From Chitinophagaceae bacterium (GTDB lineage: Bacteria; Bacteroidota; Bacteroidia; Chitinophagales; UBA10324): a DNA stretch of 64,000 bases. Location: positions 4,935 to 68,934 of the forward strand of contig CANIPU010000011.1 in assembly GCA_947469485.1 (NCBI GenBank), read 5' to 3'. Below are positions 46,376 through 55,293 of the stretch, piece by piece. Within the stretch, counting starts at the first letter, position 1. The number at the start of each line of letters is the position of its first letter. Under the pieces are notes generated by a model, which searched no databases, was not told the origin of the DNA, and saw nothing but the letters and a program-made list of their open reading frames with translations. A program made the position numbers and the translations under genes.

Positions 46376-47896
46376 ATGTTCTTATTAAAAAAAATCTTAC
46401 AAAACATTTGGTTTTGGTTATTTACAATTATAACCATTTCAATAATTTTAAATAATACTTACGAAACGATATTCTATCGTCCTTGTAGTGTTCATATGTG
46501 GCGCCAGACTGATTGTGCCTCATACGCATTAAATTATTTTCAAAATAAAAATTCATTTTTTCAACCCCAAGTTATGAGCAGGAATCCTGATAGCGGATTT
46601 ACTGTAAGTGAATTTCCTGCCATATATTTTTTTGCTGGAAAATTATATGAATGGTTTGGCTTTTATGATTATTACATCCGATTAATAAATATATTTTTAT
46701 TCATAACAGGGCTGATTTATCTTGTTTTAATTTCATCACTCTATCTAAAAAACAAAGTTCTTCAACTTGTACCAGCGGTTTTCGCTCTGAGTTCTCCTTA
46801 TCTCTTTTACTATGGGGCGAATTTCTTACCTGATGTTCCTGCAATGTGTCTTGCGTTTGCAGGTCTTTATCATTTTTTGGTTTTTATAAAAAGTGAATCA
46901 AGAATTCAATTAATAATATCCGTCCTGTTTTTTACTCTTGCTGCTTTATTAAAAATATCTGCCGGAATTTTATGGGTAGCCTCAATAACCTCTTTTTTTA
47001 TTCATCATTTTAGTAAATTTAGCATTGAGAGAAAATTAAATCTTAAAAATATTATCCTTCCGTTTTTCTTATTCGTTTTTTCATGGATAATAATTCTAAG
47101 TTGGATTGATTTTGCTAAAAGTTATAATGCTTCACATAATTACTTTGGAAATTTATTGGGATTTTATGGGATTTGGGATGCTGACATTATTGAAATTAAA
47201 AATGTGTTTTCTCGTTTTTTTAAATCCTGGATTTGGGATATTTTTTCAGTATCTACTCTATTTTTTTTCATCTCTGCTTTTATTTACTTTTTTTTAAAGA
47301 AGAAATTCTTACCGAAAGAATTGTATTCCATTTCTTTCTTTTCATTTATTGGCGTACATATTTATGCCCTTGGTTGGTTTCGCGCCTTTTATCATCATGA
47401 TTATTATATGATAAACATATTTTTCTTTCCAATCTTATTTGTTCTGTGTTTTTGTGTTTTGGTTGAAAAGCTTCACTTTGTTAATTTAAAACAGAAGTTT
47501 GTTTTATTAACACTAATAATTGTTTCATTAGCTTGGGGAGTTAAACATTCAGCGCGCATTCAGAATTTCAGATATACAGATTCACAATTCAAATACATGC
47601 CCGACGCGGTATATGAAATTGGTACTTATCTAAGAAGCATTGGAATAAAAAAACAAGAATTTGTAATTAGTGCTACTGACCCAAGTCCAAATATGAGTTT
47701 GTACTTAATGAATTGCATTGGCAGAACCGAAGGCTATTATAATGGTGAGACCATTGATGATTTTAAAAAATTAGGCGCAAAATATTTTATTGCTCACGAC
47801 ACGGCTAATATTATTGTGCCGGTTTTAAAAGACTATTGTCGAAAGGAAATTCCTTTTGCTAATTATAAAGGAGTTTTAATTTATAAGCTCAAATAA
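46376..47896 (+). CDS. Polytopic membrane protein, GT-C-like glycosyltransferase candidate
   Basis: 506 aa, more than 10 TM, a first periplasmic loop with SEFPAIYFFAGKLYEWFG, and a C-terminal soluble ~120 aa. AT-rich. Confidence 0.6.
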   Translation: MFLLKKILQNIWFWLFTIITISIILNNTYETIFYRPCSVHMWRQTDCASYALNYFQNKNSFFQPQVMSRNPDSGFTVSEFPAIYFFAGKLYEWFGFYDYYIRLINIFLFITGLIYLVLISSLYLKNKVLQLVPAVFALSSPYLFYYGANFLPDVPAMCLAFAGLYHFLVFIKSESRIQLIISVLFFTLAALLKISAGILWVASITSFFIHHFSKFSIERKLNLKNIILPFFLFVFSWIIILSWIDFAKSYNASHNYFGNLLGFYGIWDADIIEIKNVFSRFFKSWIWDIFSVSTLFFFISAFIYFFLKKKFLPKELYSISFFSFIGVHIYALGWFRAFYHHDYYMINIFFFPILFVLCFCVLVEKLHFVNLKQKFVLLTLIIVSLAWGVKHSARIQNFRYTDSQFKYMPDAVYEIGTYLRSIGIKKQEFVISATDPSPNMSLYLMNCIGRTEGYYNGETIDDFKKLGAKYFIAHDTANIIVPVLKDYCRKEIPFANYKGVLIYKLK

Positions 47897-49067
47897 TTCT
47901 TTTTAAAGTGGAGGATACTTTTAACCTCCCATCATCATTAATTTCGGTTATAAAATTCAATCCCGGAGTTTTTCCTTCCTCAATTGACCCAAATTGCTCA
48001 TCAATTTTTAAAAATCTGGCTCCATTTATTGTTGCCCAATTCACTAGCGTCTCAGTTTTTATTTCAGGAAAATTTGTTTGAATAGTTCGTATTTCATCTA
48101 AAATGGAAAGAGAATTATTTGATGCAAGACTATCAGTTCCAATACAAATTTTATCTGTCACCTGCAACCAAGTCTTATAATCCGGCAACCGATTTTCGAT
48201 ATACAAATTTGCCTTCGGGCAAGTACACCAAAACAAGTTTTTAAACTCTTCTGAAATATTATTTATCTCTTCCTCAGTTGAAAATGTATTATGAACCAGT
48301 AATGCATTTTTTACTTTTGGAAGATACTTCAACAAGTAATTTATACTTCTATCACCTGTAGGTTGAAATACCTCCGAAGAATTAAGTTTAAAAAAATCAT
48401 CAATTAGTACTTTAAAATCACCGGTTCCATTAAGAAAAAATTGTGTCTCTGCTTCTGTTTCCTGATTGTGAATGCTATATATCACAGGGTAATTTTCTTT
48501 CCAGCTATAAATCAATTTCATTAACTCTTTCGGAACTGAATATGGAGCATGAGCTGTAATAGACGATGGTAAATTCAAGCTCCTTGCTTTTAAAAAAACC
48601 TGTTTTGCAATTTCGAAATAATAACCTGCTTCGTTCGGTTTAAATCCATATGCCTCAACAAAAGTGTGATAATAAATTTTGCTTTTCTTTTTAGTTAAAA
48701 GAGAATGATCATCATTGCTGATATCTCCAACAGCTACAATTCCATTGTTAAACATTTCAATATCAGCTTCTTCAATTTTCTGAAGAATCACTTCCATTTT
48801 TTCATTTCGTATGCTTAAGAGGTCTTTTACAAATCTCACCAACCCATTTCCTCTTGAAATTTTGTTACGCATGTAAGACAATTCCAAATGACAGTGCGCA
48901 TTAATAAATCCTGGACAAATGGCTCCATCAAAAAACTGAATTGTTGAATTTTCATGATTTTTTAAGGAATCAAGCGAAAGAATTTTGCCGTTATCATCCG
49001 TTATTATAACAGAATTCGTAAGAATTTCTTTACCTGTAAAAATTTTTGCTGCTGAAAATTTCTTCAT
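47889..49067 (-). CDS. Amidohydrolase family protein (nucleoside/nucleobase deaminase-like)
   Basis: 392 aa. GFINAHCHLELS (HxH metal site), a later HAPYS, and TDSLASN. Confidence 0.85.
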   Translation of the reverse strand: MKKFSAAKIFTGKEILTNSVIITDDNGKILSLDSLKNHENSTIQFFDGAICPGFINAHCHLELSYMRNKISRGNGLVRFVKDLLSIRNEKMEVILQKIEEADIEMFNNGIVAVGDISNDDHSLLTKKKSKIYYHTFVEAYGFKPNEAGYYFEIAKQVFLKARSLNLPSSITAHAPYSVPKELMKLIYSWKENYPVIYSIHNQETEAETQFFLNGTGDFKVLIDDFFKLNSSEVFQPTGDRSINYLLKYLPKVKNALLVHNTFSTEEEINNISEEFKNLFWCTCPKANLYIENRLPDYKTWLQVTDKICIGTDSLASNNSLSILDEIRTIQTNFPEIKTETLVNWATINGARFLKIDEQFGSIEEGKTPGLNFITEINDDGRLKVSSTLKRII

Positions 49068-49074
49068 TAAAAAC

Positions 49075-49082
49075 CAAATGTA
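49075..49082 (-). promoter_or_regulatory. Putative -7 box (TACATTTG on the minus strand) for the amidohydrolase gene
   Basis: CAAATGTA on the plus strand, only 7 nt from the ATG at 49067, which would give a near-leaderless mRNA. Confidence 0.45.
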
Positions 49083-49128
49083 ATAGAATGGTTTTTAGCT
49101 ATCTAAAATTGAGAAAACAGGAATGGCT

Positions 49129-49136
49129 TACATTTG
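49129..49136 (+). promoter_or_regulatory. Putative -7 box (TACATTTG) for rlmN
   Basis: 8 nt upstream of the ATG at 49145. Confidence 0.5.
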
Positions 49137-49144
49137 CCTCCGCA

Positions 49145-50191
49145 ATGAAAATACAAGAGAAAAAAAACCTTCGGCACCTTTCATTAGATGAAATAAAACA
49201 GGTGTTGGAAGAACAAGGAGAAAAATCTTTTCGAGCTACACAAGTCTGGGAATGGATATGGCAAAAAGGGGCTGCATCAATAGATGATATGAGCAACCTT
49301 TCAAAAGAACTAAGAGAAAAATTAAAAGAAAATTTTGACCTCTATTCAATTTCAGTTGATACAATTCAACGAAGCAGCGATGGCGTTGTTAAAGTCCGTT
49401 TTAAAACATCAGATAATTTTTTTATTGAGGGAGTTTTAATTCCGGCGATTGACAGAATTACCGCTTGTGTATCTTCTCAGGTTGGTTGCAGTTTAACATG
49501 CACATTTTGTGCTACAGGTCTTATGGACCGTGAAAGAAACCTAACTCACGATGAAATATTTGATCAGGTAGTTCAGTTGAACAAAATATCTGAAGAACAA
49601 CACGGCCGCAGGCTTACAAATATTGTTTTCATGGGAATGGGAGAACCATTGCTCAATTACAGCAATGTTATAAAAGCAATTGATAAAATCAGCGCCCCCG
49701 ATGGACTTGTAATTTCACCTAGACGGATTACAGTAAGTACAGCCGGCATATCAAAAATTATAAGGAAGTTAGCAGATGACAAAGTCAGATTCCGCCTAGC
49801 GTTATCTCTTCATGCTGCTGACGACCAAAAGAGAAGCAGGCTGATGCCAATTAATCAGGAAAACAATTTAGAAAGTTTAACTGAATCACTTCAATATTTC
49901 TGGGAGAAAACTGGCAATAGAATTTCGTTTGAATATGTGCTTTTCGAAGGTGTAAATGATACTTTGCAAGATGCAAAAAATCTTGTTACTCTTTGTAAGA
50001 AATTTCAATTGATTCATGTGAACCTGATTGAATATAACAGGGTTCAGGGAGTTCCTTACAAAGGACTATCTTTTGATAAAATGGAAAAATTTGCTGCCAT
50101 TCTTGAAGGTTATGGGCTAAATGCGACCATTCGTCGAAGCAGAGGGCGTGATATCGATGCCGCTTGTGGTCAGTTAGCAAATAAGAAATAA
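49145..50191 (+). CDS. rlmN: 23S rRNA (adenine2503-C2)-methyltransferase, radical SAM
   Basis: FRATQVWEWIW, CSLTCTFCATG, GMGEPLLN. ATG at 49145; the track's extension overlaps the divergent gene. Confidence 0.95.
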   Translation: MKIQEKKNLRHLSLDEIKQVLEEQGEKSFRATQVWEWIWQKGAASIDDMSNLSKELREKLKENFDLYSISVDTIQRSSDGVVKVRFKTSDNFFIEGVLIPAIDRITACVSSQVGCSLTCTFCATGLMDRERNLTHDEIFDQVVQLNKISEEQHGRRLTNIVFMGMGEPLLNYSNVIKAIDKISAPDGLVISPRRITVSTAGISKIIRKLADDKVRFRLALSLHAADDQKRSRLMPINQENNLESLTESLQYFWEKTGNRISFEYVLFEGVNDTLQDAKNLVTLCKKFQLIHVNLIEYNRVQGVPYKGLSFDKMEKFAAILEGYGLNATIRRSRGRDIDAACGQLANKK

Positions 50192-50207
50192 TTGAACAAA
50201 AATGACT

Positions 50208-50215
50208 TACTTTTG
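50208..50215 (+). promoter_or_regulatory. Putative -7 box (TACTTTTG) for the GxxExxY gene
   Basis: 23 nt upstream of the ATG at 50239 and 17 nt after the rlmN stop. Confidence 0.55.
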
Positions 50216-50238
50216 TGTCCCTCTAAAAAAATCCACTT

Positions 50239-50625
50239 ATGACAGACCTTGAGAAACTCGTAGAAAGGATTACAGCTTGCGCAACTACAGTGCATGAAAA
50301 CATGGGTCCTGGCTTTCCTGAAAAACATTATCAGGAAGCAATGATTAAAGAACTTACACGCGCTAAGGTTAATTACACAACCAAGGAAGCTAAAACCAGA
50401 ATGCTGGATGGTGTGCAAATGGGTGCAAGCCGAATGGAATTTTTTGTCGAAAACATTATGATTGAATTGAAAGCGCTTCCGCGTCTTGAGGTTCCGCACA
50501 TGGTACATTTCAGTAACGGATTGAAAAAATCTGAGAAAGAAATGGGCTTATTAATCAATTTCGGAACTCAGAAAATGCAAATCAGAACAAGATTGAACGA
50601 GAAAATTGAAATGGACGAAGCTTAA
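50239..50625 (+). CDS. GxxExxY family protein (PD-(D/E)XK nuclease-like fold)
   Basis: 128 aa. GPGFPEKHYQEAM matches the GxxExxY signature. Typical length and the C-terminal GLLINFG string. Confidence 0.85.
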   Translation: MTDLEKLVERITACATTVHENMGPGFPEKHYQEAMIKELTRAKVNYTTKEAKTRMLDGVQMGASRMEFFVENIMIELKALPRLEVPHMVHFSNGLKKSEKEMGLLINFGTQKMQIRTRLNEKIEMDEA

Positions 50626-50650
50626 TTTAAGCTGAATTTAAATAATGTTC

Positions 50651-50685
50651 AAAGCCATTCTTGCAAAAGAATGGCTTTGTTGTTT
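50651..50685 (+). terminator. Rho-independent terminator after the GxxExxY gene
   Basis: 12-bp perfect stem AAAGCCATTCTT-gcaa-AAGAATGGCTTT followed by GTTGTTTT. Confidence 0.8.
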
Positions 50686-50785
50686 TAAAAAGGTTCATTC
50701 ACTATAAATAAATTCAACTTTCATTAAAAATCAGAAAAACTATATTGAAATTTGCCATTCAATAATTTCTACTTGAAATAAAATT

Positions 50786-51781
50786 ATGCAAGCCATTATT
50801 CCAGTTGCCGGTGCCGGCACCAAACTTCGACCTCATACCTATACACAGCCAAAAGCTTTAATTCCTGTTGCTGGAAAACCAATTCTTAGTTTCATTATTG
50901 ACGAATTAATAAAAGCAGGAGTAACTGAATACATATTTGTAATCGGTTATTTAGGTGAAAAAATTCGTGATTATGTAGAAAAGAAATTTCCCGATCTGAA
51001 AGTAAAATTTGTTGAACAGGAAACCCGTGAAGGAACAGGTCACGCAATTTGGTTAACCAAGGACTTTGTAAAAAAAAAAGAACAACTCATAATTGTTCTT
51101 GGCGACAGTGTGTTTGATGCTGACATGAAATCAATTGTAGAATCTGAATATTCTTTGCTCGGAGTAAAAAAAGTTGACGATCCGAGAAGCTTTGGTGTGG
51201 CAGAAGTGAATGATGATGATATGATTATCAGGGTGGAAGAAAAACCTCAAATTCCAAGAAGCAATCTCGCCTTGGTAGGTTTGTATAAAATAAATGAAAC
51301 GATAGCGCTTTACGATTCACTGGATTATCTCATAAGCAATAATATCCGAACTAAAAATGAATTTCAATTGACTGATGCCATTATGCGCATGATTGATATT
51401 GGAGTTCAGTTTAAACCCTATAAATTAAATAGTTGGTTCGATTGCGGAAAAAAAGAAGTTTTATTGGAAACGAATTCTACTCTTTTACGCAAAGCGGGGT
51501 TTGCCACCATTCGCAATCCGAAATTTGAGCGAACCATAATTATAGACCCTGTTTTCATAGGTGAGGGTTGCAAAATTTCAAACAGCATAATCGGGCCAAA
51601 TGTTACAGTTGGCGATAATTCAACTATTCAGAATTCAATTATTAAAGAAAGCATAATTGGGAATTTCACTCAATTGGAATCAGTGAGTTTGCATGGCTCT
51701 GTAATCGGCAGCGATGCATTTATTCGTGGTCACAGTCAGAGCTTAAATATTGGCGACAATACTGAGATTGATTTGAGTTGA
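50786..51781 (+). CDS. Sugar-phosphate nucleotidyltransferase with C-terminal left-handed beta-helix (long RmlA/GlmU-like architecture)
   Basis: AIIPVAGAGTKLRPHTYTQPKALIPV (GxGTRxxP-type loop). The C-terminal hexapeptide repeats include IGPNVTVGDNSTIQNSII. Confidence 0.85.
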   Translation: MQAIIPVAGAGTKLRPHTYTQPKALIPVAGKPILSFIIDELIKAGVTEYIFVIGYLGEKIRDYVEKKFPDLKVKFVEQETREGTGHAIWLTKDFVKKKEQLIIVLGDSVFDADMKSIVESEYSLLGVKKVDDPRSFGVAEVNDDDMIIRVEEKPQIPRSNLALVGLYKINETIALYDSLDYLISNNIRTKNEFQLTDAIMRMIDIGVQFKPYKLNSWFDCGKKEVLLETNSTLLRKAGFATIRNPKFERTIIIDPVFIGEGCKISNSIIGPNVTVGDNSTIQNSIIKESIIGNFTQLESVSLHGSVIGSDAFIRGHSQSLNIGDNTEIDLS

Positions 51782-51812
51782 AGAAAAAATTTATCCAAGG
51801 TATATTTAGCTC

Positions 51813-52754
51813 GTGCAAAACAGAATCACAAAACTTTTTGGAATAGATTATCCCATCAATCAGGCGGGAATGATCTGGTGTTCAGGTTGGGAGTTGGCAT
51901 CGGCTGTCAGCAATGCGGGCGCACTCGGTATAATTGGTTCGGGCAGTATGTATCCTGATATTCTTCGCAAACACATTCGTAAATGCAAAGCCGCAACTGC
52001 AAAACCATTCGCTGTGAATATTCCGTTGCTGTATCCTGATATTGATAAACACATTCAGATTATTATTGACGAAGGAGTAAAAATTGTTTTCACTTCAGCC
52101 GGCAATCCTAAAACCTGGACTTCCATACTGAAAGAAAAAGGTGTAACTGTTGTGCATGTAGTTAGTAGCGCACTGTTCGCACAAAAATCTGAAGCCGCCG
52201 GAGTAGATGCAATAGTTGCTGAAGGTTTCGAAGCAGGCGGACACAACGGAAGAGAAGAAACTACCACTATGGTTTTAATTCCATTAGTGAAGGAGGCCGT
52301 AAAAATTCCGGTGATTGCAGCAGGTGGAATTGCCAATGGAAAAAGTATGCTTGCCGCTTTTGCACTAGGTGCTGACGGAGTTCAAATCGGAACACGATTC
52401 GCTGCGAGCGTAGAATCATCGGCGCACGATTCATTTAAAATAATTATTACTAAAACTCCCGAAGGTGGCACCATGCTATCAATGAAAAAATTAGTTCCTG
52501 TTCGGCTGATAAAAAATAAATTCTTCAACACCATAAATGAGGCGGAACAAAAAGGGGCAAGCATTGATGAGTTAAAAAATATTCTCGGTCGTGCACGCGC
52601 GAAACGCGGCATGTTTGAAGGCGATTTAGAAGAAGGCGAGTTGGAAATCGGTCAGGTGAGCGCGCAGGTGCATGAAATAAAACCCGCAGCAGAAATTGTA
52701 AAAAACATATGGGAAGAATTTTTAGCAGCAAAAAAAAAGCTTGCTGAATTATAA
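51813..52754 (+). CDS. NAD(P)H-dependent flavin oxidoreductase (nitronate monooxygenase / FabK-like)
   Basis: 313 aa TIM-barrel pattern. YPINQAGM, EGFEAGGH, IAAGGIANG. GTG start. Confidence 0.85.
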   Translation: MQNRITKLFGIDYPINQAGMIWCSGWELASAVSNAGALGIIGSGSMYPDILRKHIRKCKAATAKPFAVNIPLLYPDIDKHIQIIIDEGVKIVFTSAGNPKTWTSILKEKGVTVVHVVSSALFAQKSEAAGVDAIVAEGFEAGGHNGREETTTMVLIPLVKEAVKIPVIAAGGIANGKSMLAAFALGADGVQIGTRFAASVESSAHDSFKIIITKTPEGGTMLSMKKLVPVRLIKNKFFNTINEAEQKGASIDELKNILGRARAKRGMFEGDLEEGELEIGQVSAQVHEIKPAAEIVKNIWEEFLAAKKKLAEL

Positions 52755-53477
52755 TTGGTTGCCCTTTACAAGAACAGTTGTTTGTTCCCATCCGCAATTC
52801 ATCACCACATCAACTATACTTAATCCGGCAATAAATGCTCCATGTAATTGTGGATATTCAGCTGGAGAAAACGCAGTGTAACGAAGTTCTATATTATTAG
52901 CAGCGAATAAATTTTCGTCGTTGTATTTGCGTGCACCATTGCCGCTTTGATAAATAGTTGCTTCAAGAGTTTTACAAATTTCAATAATCCGGTTGTTTTT
53001 TTCATCAGATGATAAATTCATTTCTGATGCAAGAACGATTGGTGTTGTGATATTCAGATTTCTGCAAAAAATTTTTATGAGTTCAACATTCATAGCTGAA
53101 AACATTTCATACTTTGCTCCGAGCACTCTTTCTAGCGCTGGAAAAACCTCAGTAAAAAATTTTGCTTTTGAGTAATTAAGCTGAATGGTTTTCAGCATTT
53201 TTTTTTGCCAGGGCTGTTGATTGTCAATGGCAATATCTTTTATCAATTTACTATTTGCATTTTTTTTAACCGGAACAAAAATGAACAATTCACCTTGTGC
53301 GGTTTTAATTTTTGTGCGATTGGTAATTGAGTTGGCATTGCCACTCTGGTAATCAACATTATCTAAAACAACAAATAAATCAGCTGAATAAATCTTATTA
53401 AAATATCCAAGCCATGGAATAAAGTTGGGTTGATGTATTGCAATTGTTTTTCGCAAAACTGGAGATGAATTAATCAA
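52749..53477 (-). CDS. WbqC family protein
   Basis: IHQPNFIPWLGYFNKI at the N-terminus is the WbqC-like signature. 242 aa. Confidence 0.8.
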   Translation of the reverse strand: MINSSPVLRKTIAIHQPNFIPWLGYFNKIYSADLFVVLDNVDYQSGNANSITNRTKIKTAQGELFIFVPVKKNANSKLIKDIAIDNQQPWQKKMLKTIQLNYSKAKFFTEVFPALERVLGAKYEMFSAMNVELIKIFCRNLNITTPIVLASEMNLSSDEKNNRIIEICKTLEATIYQSGNGARKYNDENLFAANNIELRYTAFSPAEYPQLHGAFIAGLSIVDVVMNCGWEQTTVLVKGNQL

Positions 53478-55293
53478 AAGTTTGAAGAAACAAAGCTGTA
53501 TTTATAAGCATCCATTCTCGACCTTTTATTTTTATGTCTTTTTTAATTAATTTTTTTTCTTCCAGATATATTTTTGATTCATAAATTAATTGTTTTGCTT
53601 TTGGATGAATTAACCAAGTATCAGTTGGGGCTTCAAATCCAATTTTATCTACCCTCCATGCAATTGATTTCGGTATATAATCTTCCATAGATTTCCGTAA
53701 AATATATTTTGTCCAACCATTATTAATTTTCATATTGTTCGGCAATGAAAAAATAAATTCAACTAATTCATGAGATAAAAATGGTAATCGTGTTTCTCTT
53801 GAAAAGGCCATTGAATTTCTATCAGCATAGGAAAGCAATTTTTCTAATCCAAATTCAGTGGTGAAAAAATTCAATGAGTCTTTTAATTGATTAAATGATT
53901 TAAATGGAGGGGGAATTTTCTTAAAATTTTTTATAAAATCAGGATGAAGAAACTCCATATAATCAGGTGTAGAAAACAATCTTCTCATTTTTCCTAAAAT
54001 TTCAAAAACCTTTCTAAATCTTGATTCTAATTTAAATCTATATGTTACTTTAAATTCATTACCCCTAAGATCTTTATATTTTTCAAGTTGTTTTTTAAAT
54101 TCCTGCCTATTTGATAGAAATAACTCAGCAAAATAGGGTCGAAAAAAATGCATGTATCCACCAAGAACCTCATCTGCACCTTGTCCGTCTAGAAGAACAG
54201 TTACTTTCTTTTCTTTGGCAAGTTTCATTACGCTCCACTGAGCAAGCGGGGAAGATGAAAGAAGAGGTTCTTCAATATGATAAATTACATCCCTAATTTC
54301 ATCAAAAAGTATTCCTTCGTGAATCCATGTTTCAAATTTATTTAATGGAACAAAATTAGCAACTTCATTAATGTGCTTCCCTTCATCTAGATTACTATCA
54401 AAAAATCTGGCTGAAAAAGTATTCTGAGGATAGAGGTTGTTTTCATTCAATTCATTAATAGCACATACTACAGATGAGGAGTCAAGTCCTCCGGAAAGGC
54501 TTGATCCAACAGGGACATCTGATCTTAATCTCCTTTTAACTGAGTTGAAAAACAATTCTTTAAATTTTACTTCTGCCTCCAACAAAGAAATATCAATTTG
54601 CTCTTCCTGATTAATTCTCCAATAACAATGGTTTTCAATGATTAATCCTTCGCGAATAAAAAGATAATGTGCAGGTGCAAGACTAAAAACACCAGTAAAA
54701 AAAGTTTCGGTTATATCTGCCGGATTTTGTGCAACATTATAAACCATATATCTGAATAACATCTTTCTATTAAAATCCGTTTTTTCAAAAGTTCTTAAAG
54801 ACTTTATTTCAGATGCAAATCGAAAATAATTTCCCTGTTCATATTGATAAAAAAATGGTTTTTCTCCAAATCGATCACGAGCACAAAAAAGTTTTTTTTC
54901 GACATTATCCCATAAAGCAAATGCAAACATTCCATCGAAATATTGTAAGCAATTTTCCTTATATTGATGAAATGCTGCCAATACTACTTCAGTATCAGAT
55001 TGGGTATAAAATTTCAGCCCCAATTTTTTAAGTTTATCTCTCAATTCGATATAATTATATAATTCACCATTGAAAGAAATTGTATATCTGTTTAAGTAGT
55101 GCATAGGTTGCGCGGCACCATCACTTAAATCAATAATCGAAAGCCTACGATGCCCTAAGCAAATTTTTTTATCCTCAGATATCCAATGACCTTCTCCATC
55201 TGGGCCACGAGATGCGATCGCATCGGTCATTTTTTTTACAATTGCTATTTCAATATTTTTATTTAAATTATAAATTCCAGCTATTCCACACAT
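53470..55293 (-). CDS. Asparagine synthase (glutamine-hydrolysing) family amidotransferase
   Basis: Starts MCGIAG (Ntn Cys2). PP-loop SLSGGLDSS. 607 aa. Confidence 0.92.
   Translation of the reverse strand: MCGIAGIYNLNKNIEIAIVKKMTDAIASRGPDGEGHWISEDKKICLGHRRLSIIDLSDGAAQPMHYLNRYTISFNGELYNYIELRDKLKKLGLKFYTQSDTEVVLAAFHQYKENCLQYFDGMFAFALWDNVEKKLFCARDRFGEKPFFYQYEQGNYFRFASEIKSLRTFEKTDFNRKMLFRYMVYNVAQNPADITETFFTGVFSLAPAHYLFIREGLIIENHCYWRINQEEQIDISLLEAEVKFKELFFNSVKRRLRSDVPVGSSLSGGLDSSSVVCAINELNENNLYPQNTFSARFFDSNLDEGKHINEVANFVPLNKFETWIHEGILFDEIRDVIYHIEEPLLSSSPLAQWSVMKLAKEKKVTVLLDGQGADEVLGGYMHFFRPYFAELFLSNRQEFKKQLEKYKDLRGNEFKVTYRFKLESRFRKVFEILGKMRRLFSTPDYMEFLHPDFIKNFKKIPPPFKSFNQLKDSLNFFTTEFGLEKLLSYADRNSMAFSRETRLPFLSHELVEFIFSLPNNMKINNGWTKYILRKSMEDYIPKSIAWRVDKIGFEAPTDTWLIHPKAKQLIYESKIYLEEKKLIKKDIKIKGREWMLINTALFLQTFD

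Noticed and set aside
49046-49144. Track start of rlmN at 49046, which overlaps the divergent amidohydrolase start
   Set aside because: The conserved RlmN N-terminus begins at MKIQEKK (49145), and a promoter box lies within the supposed extension.
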